Below are positions 11,432 to 22,329 of a DNA stretch of 29,010 bases, piece after piece (position 1 is the stretch's first letter; the number at the start of each line of letters is the position of its first letter). Made by a program: the position numbers and the translations under genes. The notes beneath the pieces are model-generated. The model made no database searches. It was not told where the DNA came from and saw nothing but the letters and a program-made list of their open reading frames with translations. The stretch lies in assembly GCA_024626585.2 (NCBI GenBank), contig JANKJI020000004.1, positions 149,259,734 to 149,288,743 of the forward strand. The letters are read 5' to 3'. The DNA comes from Ginkgo biloba. Its lineage: Eukaryota; Plantae; Ginkgophyta.

Positions 11432-11882
11432 TGATTATTAATTATATAATATATATTCAACATGTGGCAATTGTTTGCCATGAGTAAAGGACTAGTACTA
11501 TTCTAAATTACTTATAAATGTGCATGGATAAGCATAGTGCACAAGTAAACATAAATAAATTAATAAAGGAAATTATTCATTTANNNNNNNNNNNNNNNNN
11601 NATAACAGTCACAAATACAAGACTTAAAGGTTGGACTACTAGGGGCAAGGGAAGGGCCTTGACAACTTGCACTAACACCCACTGTTGATCATGAGGACCG
11701 CCTATAGGGACTTACATAGCTACCAACACAATCCTCTAGTGCATAAATGCTAATCTTCATTCCCAAATGACTTTACCATTTGAGTCCACCCCTTGTTACT
11801 ACTAAGATTGCTACGTGTAGGTCTGTGTCAACCCCTTCTTCGACACTAAGGTCATCTCCCAAATAATAACAACATACCTTCA
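11432..11882 (-). mobile_element. Putative antisense LTR abutting the ASCL breakpoint
   Basis: On the minus strand a G-rich PPT-like GAGGGGGGG (11883-11891) precedes TGAAGG (from 11882). The other candidate terminus (...TAATCA on the minus strand) falls at 11432, exactly where ASCL homology stops. Confidence 0.4.
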
Positions 11883-12569
11883 CCCCCCCTCAATAGTTCA
11901 TGCATAAGCATACTGACCTCATAAAGATAAGTGTGAGCCATACAAACATGCTAGTCAATTGAGAAGAATGACTCACTGTGGGTGCTAACACAATTCATAG
12001 CACCGTACCATCTTCGAGGGTTATCGGGGTGCTAGCCATACCCTTACTATTAGAAGCTTGATAGCATAGGGTCACACAATGCTCACACACAAGGGCTATT
12101 GCTAGTACTATCCTTAGCTAGACCATAAATGCACATCATAGTACAATAGGAATCCTCCCCAGTGGTTACCATGCTAATACAGACTGCTAATAATTGGGTT
12201 CTAGGGTTTATCTGAAAACAAAGAAATATCATACATTAGCAAAAACCACCACAAAATGTATAAAACTACCCTTTGACTAAGGGTGCCTCACTAAAGGGAG
12301 TCTAGATCTAAGTTTCTAGGTTTTACAGACCCATATAAGTGCATGTATAATCATAAATTCAGATTCAAGATATGCTGGAAATGTATGACTACATAACAGT
12401 ATAGTATAAATAATAAATAAAGAGTGATACTAAGTAGTACATGCCTTAAAGAGGTACTTACGCAATAGANNNNNNNNNNNNNNNNNNNNNNNNNNNNNNN
12501 NNNNNNNNNNNNNNNNNNNNNNNNNNNNNNNNNNNNNNNNNNNNNNNNNNNNNNNNNNNNNNNNNNNNN

Positions 12570-13097
12570 GAAGATCAAAAGCTGTATTCGTGACGCTAAG
12601 GTTTGCAAGTATCTCACTGATGACAATGCCAACTATTTGATAGACGATCAGTTTAATTACAAGCATTTATCCTTAATTAAGGTGCACATCTTTTTTTAAT
12701 TTATTATGTGTTTGCCTAATCTACAATAATTTCTTTTTGCTATCGTATTGATCGATGAATCTTCTTCTATGCATTCTAGTTACTATAAGCTCTCGATCTC
12801 ATGCAGTTNNNNNNNNNNNNNNNNNNNNNNNNNNNCCAAGTGGGATTCACCTATAAAGAATAACTCAAATCTTGACTCTGAGTTATGGAGTAACAACCAA
12901 AATCAACTTTGTTATGACTACAGTTCTTGTAAAGTAGGTCTTATGGCTAATTTTAAGCACGATTGGTATAAGGTAGCTATTCTGAATACTGTAGTACTCA
13001 TCTTTCTCATAGAGATTTATTTCATTAGATATATGGCTATCTNNNNNNNNNNNNNNNNNNNNNNNNNNNGAGGTATGGCTACGAAGGTTATCTTTGA
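12570..13097 (+). pseudogene. Tetraspanin (plant TET family) pseudogene remnant: 3' end of exon 1, intron, exon 2
   Basis: 12571-12681 translates KIKSCIRDAKVCKYL...DQFNYKHLSLIK (TET consensus KIRSCL.D.KVC...F...LSPIQ). GT donor at 12682; the intron ends CAT instead of CAG at 12774. Exon 2 reads SSYYKLSISCS (decayed SGCCKPPTSCG), then WSNNQNQLCYDYSSCKVGLMANFKHDWYKVAILNTVVLIFLI (WSND...LCY.C.SCKAG...W.KVA plus TM4). Tentative stop TGA at 13095-13097. Confidence 0.88.
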
Positions 13098-14555
13098 GTT
13101 GTAGAAAGGGGATCGCTCTTGTCTTGGGTTTTCCAAACTTGTCGGCAACTTCAAGAGAGAGAGAGAGGGACTTTAATATCGTAGAAATAATTCCAAGGCG
13201 TATTTAAGGTGCTTTTAACTTATTATTAATAGTTTGTAAAGGATAGTTGATAAATTTTTACACACACACATCCAGCATGTTTGCACACACACATACCCAA
13301 CAACACGATTTTTTAAAGATTATGTGAAAAATCAATCGGGATCTAACCTAGCACTTCAACTAATTAACCATTATATTAGTATGAGGAGCATGATAGCTTT
13401 CAAAAGTTCTTCAACTTAGTTTGCATAAGGTTTATGGCATATTGGACATTTAAAACTGCCAAAGGACCCCCCACACAACTAATGTGGGACAAACATTAGA
13501 AAGAGAGAGAGAGGAGTCCAACCCAATAACTTTTTATGGAGAGTGGTGGACGCTTATTCTAAACTCAATTCAAAGAGTGGATTATATTTTACAATGAAAA
13601 ATAGTTGAAATATTATTTTTAAATGGCTCTACTAAGAAATTGATCAAAGAAATTTGAAAAGAGATAACATATGTACTCCTTATAAAATTAGAAAAAAGAA
13701 AAGAAAATATGAATATCATGATCACAACATCCCCGCTTAAAAGGCATGGACATTAAAGCCATAATATCAAGCTCATTAAAATCACACAATTTGCATATAA
13801 GGCCCCATTTGTGATTAGTTTCTAATAATGCATATTATGTGTTCCATTAAAAAATTATGATAAATAATTCTATAAATTTCATCCTTGAAGTCATGATCAC
13901 ATCTTTTGATGTTCCATCCTAACCATTGGAAGGGCTAGTGTTTGGTCCTATGGAGTAAAGCCTATTGGGGGCTATTACTAAAGGGGATCATATTGGAGAG
14001 TTTTTGACCTAAGGGTTTTCTATTCCTAGTTCCTATTATTATCTCTCTCTTTAATTAGCATTTGTTAATTGCTTATTGTAATAGTTAAGTTAATGTGCAT
14101 GGCTTTGTTACTATTTTGTGCAAATCCNNNNNNNNNNNNNNNNNNNNNNNNNNNNNNNNNNNNNNNNNNNNNNNNNNNNNNNNNNNNNNNNNNNNNNNNN
14201 NNNNNNNNNNNNNNNNNNNNNNNNNNNTGTCCTCCTTCGTTTCAGCTCGAAGCATAGAAACCTACATTACAGCTACATTGGTACATTTTGAAACTACTCA
14301 GCTGCTCTCCAAAATTCTTTCTTTTGATCGAATGGCTCACTGTGAAGAGACACCATGTTAACTATTTTCCTTTATATACAGAGGTTTCTGGTTGTTTCAG
14401 GACTGACTTGGTTAACTACCTATTCTCGAGAGGCCTGAGTGAAGAAATTCGTTCAAAGGTTAAGTGATTTCCTTATGAATCCTATTAATCTGTTTATTTA
14501 CAATCATTGTTGTTTCCTGTTCGGCTTCCACATGCCCATCTCACAGTCTGTATTA

Positions 14556-14748
14556 ATGCTGGTGNNNNNNNNNNNNNNNNNNTAAGATAAAGTGGGCAGC
14601 CCTGTTTGGGCTTGTATTATCAGTGCTTTCTCTTGTTGCACATCTTTTACTTGCAAGGTACTGTGGCAGAGATCTCGTTCCGCCAAAACCCACCTACACA
14701 ATATTCGCCTGGCGTCCGATCTTTGTGACGGGGGGTTTGTCCTACGGG
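14556..14748 (+). CDS. O-fucosyltransferase family protein (OFUT27/EDA30 clade), coding exon 1 with N-terminal TM anchor
   Basis: From 14584: KIKWAALFGLVLSVLSLVAHLLLARYC...YTIFAWRPIF...SYG, then donor GTAAGA at 14749. It resembles the OFUT27 N-terminus (KW.GL.GLVLS..SL.VH.LLA...TIFSWRP.F). The start codon is uncertain: ATG 14556 lies before an N gap. Confidence 0.8.
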
Positions 14749-14907
14749 GTAAGAATTAGGTCATAGAACAATCCTAATTTCTCAGTTTACTGCAAAAATT
14801 CTACCTTTTAGTGACTAGATTGCACTGTTTTCTTTTGTTCTGTTTAAAAAATTCAAGGTAATGATATATTAAACTTCAATGTGTTGCCAATTTATTGAAT
14901 ACTGCAG

Positions 14908-14992
14908 AGTTCTCTGTATAGAAAGCTATGGGGTCCAGTCAAACCACTTGAATCTCTGCATCCATATGCAAATCCAAGAGGGAACTATCCCG
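14908..14992 (+). CDS. O-fucosyltransferase coding exon 2
   Basis: CTGCAG| SSLYRKLWGPVKPLESLHPYANPRGNYP |GTAAGA, phase 1. Confidence 0.9.
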
Positions 14993-15427
14993 GTAAGACC
15001 CTTTCTTTCTATGAAGCAATTAGTTTATAGCATTTGGCAATTGGCGATCACAGATGTAATTCAGTGGGAGTTATGAGGGGCGCACGCAGTACAGATTTTC
15101 ACACCACCAGCGGGAACCTGGGTCCTAGTCACATAGGGAGCTTGGATTGTCATGGTTACCTTCTTGACAGTACATGTAACTGGAAATGTCAAATTGGTCG
15201 GAATTGAAGGATTTATATAGAGGACAAGTTCCCATTAACTTTATGGGAATTATGAAGTGGGGATATAGAAAACAAGCATTTTTCTATAATTAAGGGTTTT
15301 CTGTTTCAAAAGTGCTAGTTGAGTGCANNNNNNNNNNNNNNNNNNNNNNNNNNNNNNNNNNNNNNNNNNNNNNNNNNNNNNNNNNNNNNNNNNNNNNNNN
15401 NNNNNNNNNNNNNNNNNNNNNNNNNNN

Positions 15428-16830
15428 ATATTATCCAACCAATTACCCGAATGCTTAAAAAGGACATGGAATTCAAATGGACGGATGAGGCTAAAAAGGC
15501 CTTTCAACAAATCAAAGAAGGTATTATATTAGCTCCTTTGTTGGTTTCCTCTAATTTTAATAGAGATTTCATTATCTATTCACATGCTTCAAGTCAAGCA
15601 GTGGCTACAACATTGCTGCAAAATAATGAAGCCAATCATGAATGGACTATTACTTTTATGAGTAAACTCCTAAAAGAATATGAGCTAAAATATTCAGAGG
15701 TAAAAATGTAAGCCTATTCTTTAATCAAATCTATTAAAGATTTTCAACCATACATATTAATGAATCATTCTATTGCTTGTGTCCCCTTGGCACCTGTGAA
15801 ACTAGCGCTAAATCATCAAGAATTAAATGGAAAATGGGTAAATTGGATAACTAAAATTCAAGAATATAACTTAGACATAAAACCATCCAAAATAGTTAAG
15901 GTCTAATGGATATGTAAGTTGATTGCTAAGTTACTTCATGAGGCACATGAACAAAAATAAGTTATGCATGTACTGAATAATGAAATTAAGAAGTATTCCC
16001 CACATCTCTTGTTAGATTATTAGGATATAATATTTTATTGACAACACAAAAATTATCTAGAAGGCTTGACAAAAAAATAGAAACAAATGTTAAAACTTAA
16101 AGCAGCGAAGTTTGTCTTGGTAGTTGGCGTACTATTCCATAGAAGCTATGATGGTTTATTATTAAGGTGTGTAGAAAAGGAACAATCCCAAGCGATGATA
16201 TGGGAATTTTATTCAGGAATATATGAAGGAAATTATGCACCCCAAGTCACTGCATATAAATTTCTTTGGGCAGGTTATTACTGGCCAATTTCGTTATACA
16301 ACACCTTTAATTTTGTTCAATCTTGCATTTTGTGTCAGAAATTTATGCGAAAGGGAAAAATGGTAGCTATGCCATTACAACCAGTTATAGTTGATAAGCC
16401 ATTCACTCAATGGGGCCTAGACTTTATTGGACCCATTAATCCTCCACCAAGTAAGGGGCATGTTTATATTTTGACTACTACAAATTATTTTACTAAGTGA
16501 GAAAAAGGCATCCCTCTCAAAAAAGCATCATCTGAACAAATGATCTAGTTCCTCGAACAAAATAACTTATCATGCTTTAGATTCCCGAGCCAACTAGTAT
16601 CTGGTAACAAAAGTGCATTTATGTCAACTGATATGATTGAGTTTTGTAACAATTATGGAATTTTATTAACTCCATCCTCAAATTATTACCCTCAAGGTAA
16701 TATATTAGCAAAGTCAAGTAATAAAACTCTTATCAAAATTATTAAGAGGATATTCAACAAAAACTAATGAGACTGGCATACCAAGTTATGTCTGGCTCTA
16801 TCGTCAAGCAAGATCACACCAAAGATTTCC
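15428..16830 (+). mobile_element. Degenerate Ty3/gypsy (non-chromovirus, Tat-like) pol fragment: RT connection, RNase H, integrase
   Basis: IIQPITRMLKKDMEFKW...AFQQIK..., KWVNWITKIQEYNLDIKP, LLLRCV...TAYKFLWAGYYWP...CILCQ, PFTQWGLDFIGPINP, SSNYYPQGN...SSNK. There are many stops and frameshifts. It lies between OFUT exons 2 and 3. Confidence 0.92.
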
Positions 16831-16917
16831 CCTTATACAAAGGGATATTATTACAATCCAAAGAGGAGGGCCTTGCCTGTGAATTATAGTATTAGCACTA
16901 TTTGACAGAACATAAAA

Positions 16918-17527
16918 CTAGATACCTACCGTAGCTGCAAGTGATTGTTGAAAGTGCTTCTTAAAAACTACATGAAGCCCTTTTTCCAAGAGGGGAGGAG
17001 AACTAGCAAGTAGTTTCTCGCTTTTTGAAGCTCTTCCTTTCTTGAACTTTTCTCCAAATGTTTTGCTAGAGTCCTCATCAATTTCCATTTTCTTAATCTC
17101 AAATTGGAGAGTTGTCTTCAGTGTTTGTTTTGTGCCAAAGACTCTCATTTAGACCCATCTTGTTAGAGGAATCTCCAATTCTATGTCTTCATTGTTTCAT
17201 GGGTCATTTTTCACTTCAACTAGCACCTTAACATCTGGCCCATAAGCCTGAGAAGTTTTGCCACTATTCGTCTGGCCATTCTTAGGGGTCCATCCTCCAG
17301 AACCGAACTTTAGCATTTGCAACGGATTCTTCAGTTGTTGCATTCCTTGAGCAACACTGTTTATATCAAAGAACATGAGCACTTGATTCATTAGAGAGTC
17401 AAAAGTCATTAAACACTCGTCATTATGATAATGAAAGATAATGTCACTTGGTCAAAAGTCTCCATAGAAGGGCAACATAATAGTATAAATGTAAGCCTCA
17501 AGGTAGATTGTGAAGTGTCTATCCATC
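16918..17527 (-). other. Decayed antisense reading frame downstream of the Tat-like integrase
   Basis: ORFs 17197-17409 and 16918-17148 are in the same minus frame, which extends upstream to about 17527 (MDRHFTIYLEAYIYTIMLPFYGDF*...). That gives about 200 codons with three internal stops. Confidence 0.4.
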
Positions 17528-18072
17528 ACTGATNNNNNNNNNNNNNNNNNNNTTCATCTTCTATCTATTGTAGCTATGTACTTCGGTGTTGAATCCTAGT
17601 AATGAATAAGAATTGTTTGCCTGTTCCAAAGACTACAACGTCGATAGTTGAAGGAAGCATTTTCGTGTTGGTTTGAGTAGCATGGTTCTGACCTTCCTTT
17701 GTTTGTCGAGGGTACAATTGCAATGTTATTCTTTATGCCTTTTACTCTTTGACATACAATAACCTTTGCTTACTCAATATGAATGATGGTTTGATTTCTC
17801 ATGATTATGCTTGAATAATAGATGAATGAAATCTCTTGTTACTATGTAGTCTGATGATTAGCATACGATTTATTCATTCTATTGCTTTNNNNNNNNNNNN
17901 NNNNNNNNNNNNNNNNNNNNNNNNNNNNNNNNNNNNNNNNNNNNNNNNNNNNNNNNNNNNNNNNNNNNNNNNNNNNNNNNNNNNNNNNTTCTTATGTCAT
18001 CATCATTCAATTTCATCAATATATTGTAGTTAACTTTTCATGCCTAATCTACTTCAATATATGATTTGACAG

Positions 18073-18143
18073 CCCCAAGCTGGAACAATAATGGCTACAT
18101 AACTGTCAAGATTCAAGGAGGGTTCCATGAGATCAGGTCTTCG
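18073..18143 (+). CDS. O-fucosyltransferase coding exon 3
   Basis: GACAG| (A)PSWNNNGYITVKIQGGFHEIRSS |GTAGGG; the phase matches exon 2. Confidence 0.92.
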
Positions 18144-18257
18144 GTAGGGATTTGGCTCCTCACCTGGTCTAGTTATCTCTTACTTTGTTATTTTTCTTAG
18201 CCTTTGACAGATTTCATGAATGATTGTGATATATTCTGATATTCATGTTATTGGCAG

Positions 18258-18346
18258 ATCTGTGATGTGGTTGCTGTATCTAGGCTTCTGAATGCCACCC
18301 TAGTTATTCCAGAACTTCAAGGGACTACAAGTACAAAAGGAATTAG
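18258..18346 (+). CDS. O-fucosyltransferase coding exon 4
   Basis: GGCAG| ICDVVAVSRLLNATLVIPELQGTTSTKGI(S) |GTTTGT; hallmark plant O-FucT (GT106) motif. Confidence 0.95.
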
Positions 18347-18455
18347 GTTTGTCATCTGGTTTACTTCTACCAAATACCTGCCTCGCTGTTTTATATTCCC
18401 TTCTTATTCTTAATTATAATGTCAAGAAAGTGAAGTGGTTGTCTGTTCCTGGCAG

Positions 18456-18699
18456 CTCGAAATTCAAGAGTTTTGGCTACCTATATAATGAGGATCAGTT
18501 CATTGCGGCACTTGCGAATGATGTATTAGTAGTAAAGAGTCTTCCAAAAAGGTTCAAGGTTGCTAGGAAGAACAAGGAGATACCAGTATTTATGCCTGCA
18601 TATTTGTCCTCCCCCAACTTTTATCTTGAAAAGGTGTTGCCAAAATTAAAGAAGCAAATGGTGGTGGATCTATTGGTCTCTGGAGGGGGATGCTTACAG
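18456..18699 (+). CDS. O-fucosyltransferase coding exon 5
   Basis: GGCAG| SKFKSFGYLYNEDQFIAALANDVLVVKSLPK...SSPNFYLEKVLPKLKK...GGGCLQ |GTATAG. The downstream exons (QRLRCRVAFHAL...) were not found in the window. Confidence 0.95.
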
Positions 18700-20279
18700 G
18701 TATAGGAGAAACATGCGTTTTCAGCATTAGAATTTTTTTCATTGTGCTAATCCCTGTGTTTTCTTTGTCACTTTGAATTGAAAATTAGATACCTGTGATA
18801 TGTGTTGGCCTTATGCATGGAGCATCCTAAATGTCATTTATTCTTTCTTTGAAGCCTTTTGGAGAGAAAGATAGATGGTAGCTGTTTCTCTAAATACAAA
18901 GGGACTAAATTGTTCTTTGGAGGAGTCAGGGGGGCCATTATTAGATTTCATTAGTCTAATGTGCTATGAAGCTGTAGTAGTATCCAGTACAAACGCTAAT
19001 ATGCTGACTTAATATGCACACACTAAGAGTGTAGCAATAGGACACCATATTCTCATAAATATTGCCAGCCAGCCAAAGTGGAAACAAATGTGGAAAGGTT
19101 ANNNNNNNNNNNNNNNNNNNNNNNNNNNNNNNNNNNNNNNNNNNNNNNNNNNNNNNNNNNNNNNNNNNNNNNNNNNNNNNNNNNNNNNNNNNNNNNNNNN
19201 NNNNNNNNNNNNNNNNNNNNNNNNNNNNNNNNNNNNNNNNNNNNNNNNNNNNNNNNNNNNNNNNNNNNNNNNNNNNNNNNNNNNNNNNNNNNNNNNNNNN
19301 NNNNNNNNNNNNNNNNNNNNNNNNNNNNNNNNNNNNNNNNNNNNNNNNNNNNNNNNNNNNNNNNNNNNNNNNNNNNNNNNNNNNNNNNNNNNNNNNNNNN
19401 NNNNNNNNNNNNNNNNNNNNNNNNNNNNNNNNNNNNNNNNNNNNNNNNNNNNNNNNNNNNNNNNNNNNNNNNNNNNNNNNNNNNNNNNNNNNNNNNNNNN
19501 NNNNNNNNNNNNNNNNNNNNNNNNNNNNNNNNNNNNNNNNNNNNNNNNNNNNNNNNNNNNNNNTTAATCTACATGATTACATCGTGCTAGTTCATCACCA
19601 AGGCAGGCTATGCCCGAGTCATTTCCATTTTGAGATTATGCTTATATTGAAATAAAACAAAACGCTTACCTGAATTGCTTAGATGAGCTTAAGCTAGTGT
19701 CAAGTAGACTACGCAGATAGTGTTCATAAAGAAAAGTAAGCAGCAATTAAGGTACTGATTTTAAACAATGAGCAGTTAGAGATGCTGTGCAATTAAGACA
19801 GGGCCAGATTTCATTGATTACTAACTGTGCCTGGATGTTCACTTTCTTTTTTCTGGGAGGTCATTTAGGCTCCTTAATGATGGGTCCCGAGGACAAGGTT
19901 CGTGCCTAGCTGGAACCATGTGTTACATGCCTGCTTTCTACTTCCCCCATAATTATGGGCTATTGGCTAGGACTCTGCTGCATAGCTTCTTGAATGTCTC
20001 CTGCTGGGGCCAAGTTCATTAAAAGTTGTTCTTCATTGTTCTGCTTCGCATCTTAGGGGTGAACACCACTACGAGTGGATTACTTGTGTAGGAGATATTG
20101 AATGAAGATCCATTCCATAGTGGAGGAAGATGCTGCATCTTTAGCCTCAACTGCCAGAATAGCGCTAGCATTAGCTGTCATCTGCATCACCAAAACTTCT
20201 AAATCTCTGGTGAAGTCTTCCTCAAATTCCATTTGCTCTAATGTGTTAAGCTTATTGCAAAATCTCATCTTCTTGTTGC

Positions 20280-21800
20280 AAATGTAATTTACTGCCATAA
20301 AGCTCTTTTTTAGTTGAGCTGTTGGGGGCATATAACACTATAATGTCCAACCATCAATGTGAGAGCCAAAGCTGAAGACTGCCCACTGTCCTTTGTCATC
20401 CAGGTGAAATTGGTTCAGAAATCCTGTCCTTATGAATTCCAGAGAAATAATTTTTCAGTTGTAGACCCTCCTACGATTGCTATGTGTTTGGCTTGTGGCC
20501 AAATCTCTTTGCAGACCTTAAGTCCTTCCTCAGTTGAATGTGGGTTCTAGAAGAACCAACATGTTCGCTTGCCAGTGCACTTATTCCTCAGAATTTGTTT
20601 TCTTGCTTTTTCCTTTTTCAGGCTATTTTGAAGTTTCCTATACCTGTCATATTTTATGATGTTATTCTAATGTGTTCCTTCTTTTATTTCAAAGGACATG
20701 CTTGTGTCCTGATTGTTTGTGATGTTTCTGTATTTCCTTTGTAGCCTTTTTTGGACCTGAAGACCCTCGAGTGATTGTCTAATTTCCTTTTGGGTTTCTT
20801 CAGTTTCTTTTCCCCATTTCTTTTGCTTGAAAAGTTTGAAATATGTTACTTGGCTGATGTATTATTATTTTGATTGGTAGGGAAACTGACCTCTTCTGGG
20901 GTTTTTGTGGGAAGAATTTAAAGCTCTATTGCCTCTACAATTTGAGGGAAAGGGATTGTTTGCGGGTTTGGAGCCTTCTCACTTCTGCTGTATTGAGTGA
21001 GATAGTTTTGACAAAGGTGGGCATGCTTGATGTTGATTTGTCATATTCTTTGAAGAGTTCTTTGTTTGTCCTCTCTTGGATTCCCTTTTGGCTTTTGTCC
21101 TTGTAGCAATTCCCATTCCCTTTTGTGATTCAGCTTCCCTGGTTGTGTGACTGAGATGACTCATTGTTTCCTTGGTCCTCCAAAATCGTCCATCTGGATT
21201 GGCTTTTGGTGAAGAAAGTGTTTTTATACTTGCATTTTTCTCCTCTTTTGTGTCTTCTGGTCCCTATACTTTTTCTTTATGGCTAGGGTTCGCTGTCTGG
21301 TTTAGCTATTTAAATGACAGTTCTATTCCTTTATTCCTGGACCTCCTTAAGTTCTGGGTATTTAAATCTAGTGTGCTTTATTTCATGGCAATCAGTAATC
21401 AGATATGGATTCCTTTGTAAGCAAGAATTTGTGTATGACCTCTACATTTGTCTGTTATTTTCATTCTTTCTTAGACATATTTGGGAAAGTCAAGCTCCAT
21501 AGATATCTTGGAAACCTCATTGGAGTTCCTCAGTGATGTTGTTTTGTCCACCATCTGATGTNNNNNNNNNNNNNNNNNNNNNNNNNNNNNNNNNNNNNNN
21601 ATCTGGAAGAGAGTGAACGGAAGACTTGATGCTCTGAATACACCCAAAAAGAGGCTCCGAAGTATGGTAGAAGAGGTTCTTTGGCTTCTGGATGCTTGAT
21701 GAAGGCTGTAAGAGTTGGCTGGAACTAAGGCATCTCTAATTGGGATCAAGTTCTGAATTGAATCAGTTCTTGAATGAAAGTTCTAGGACGCACCACACCT
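20280..21800 (-). mobile_element. Decayed L1-type LINE (ORF1 zinc knuckle plus ORF2 endonuclease N-terminus)
   Basis: Minus strand: VDKTTS...SKISMELD and YKGIHI/TDCHEIKHTRFKYP (decayed CCHC, ~21355-21420). Then IRITS*NMTGIG (ISWNVRG) at ~20640-20670, MLVLLEP, EIWPQ..., LFLWN and IIVLYAPN...ALWQ (~20290-20340). Confidence 0.7.
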
Positions 21801-22188
21801 TTTCCTATTGATGTTGCATCTTTCCTTGTTTGTGTCGTGGGTTTGCTGAATGTTGACACTGCGCTTTTTTCTATGAGTCAAAAATCTGTAAAGATTGAGT
21901 TTTGGATCTTTTGTGTGCAGTACGGCCTCAAGTAGGATGACCTGAGCTATGGTTAGAATGCGACAGTGAAAGGAATCTTATGATCTATCTAAGAATCAAA
22001 GAGAAACTGAATATTTGATAGATTCCACAAGATTTAGTAAATGGAAAACAAGAACAATGGATGCAAAGGCTCTCTAAATTCTTGAACTAAATTCTCGAAT
22101 TATTGAATGTGAATTATGAATTATGCTCTTGAAAAAGAATTTAGTACATGGTTCTAAAGAAAAACCTATATTAATAATATAAATTTGG

Positions 22189-22329
22189 AAACCCTATACC
22201 TAAATAAACACTGCCTATGATTAGTAGGTGTGCACAAAATAGCTAATCAGAAATTAAATATTAAGAATTAAATCCTATTCCAATAATTATTTACTCGCAT
22301 GGTTAATATTTGCCAACTAAGTGCAGCAT
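22189..22329. repeat. ~140-bp direct repeat, copy 1
   Basis: AAACCC...CTATGATTAGT...CAAAATAGCTAATCAG...AATAATTATTTACTC...TTAATATTTGC is shared with 22566-22707. Confidence 0.85.

Larger units (their letters stand above)
9154..11433 (+). pseudogene. Anther-specific chalcone synthase-like type III polyketide synthase (ASCL; LAP6/PKSA-like), 3' disrupted and truncated
   Basis: Exon 1 (9154-9343) and exon 2 (from 10578) join across the family-conserved intron that splits a Cys codon (T|GC). The catalytic Cys is in FLGCYGG (10889), His in FWAMHLGGPAIL (11305) and Asn in DYDNVSS (11404). There is a 1-nt frameshift at ~11135-11139 and TAG stops at 11215, 11248 and 11362. Homology ends at TIVYV (11433), so the C-terminal AFGPG segment is missing. 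Confidence 0.88.

Noticed and set aside
13155-13295. Short (GA)n and (CA)n runs
   Set aside because: They are too short to be notable microsatellites.
13926-13960. EGLVFGP as the displaced ASCL C-terminal GLAFGPG
   Set aside because: The match is only about 6 residues, the flanks do not fit (no EWG before, no ITFEG after), and it lies on a different contig.
18349-18455. N-terminal part of ORF 18349-18705 as coding
   Set aside because: It is intron 4 (GT 18347 to AG 18455) read through in frame.
19062-19655. Long ORFs consisting mostly of X
   Set aside because: These are artefacts of N runs; the same applies to the other X-containing ORFs in the track.
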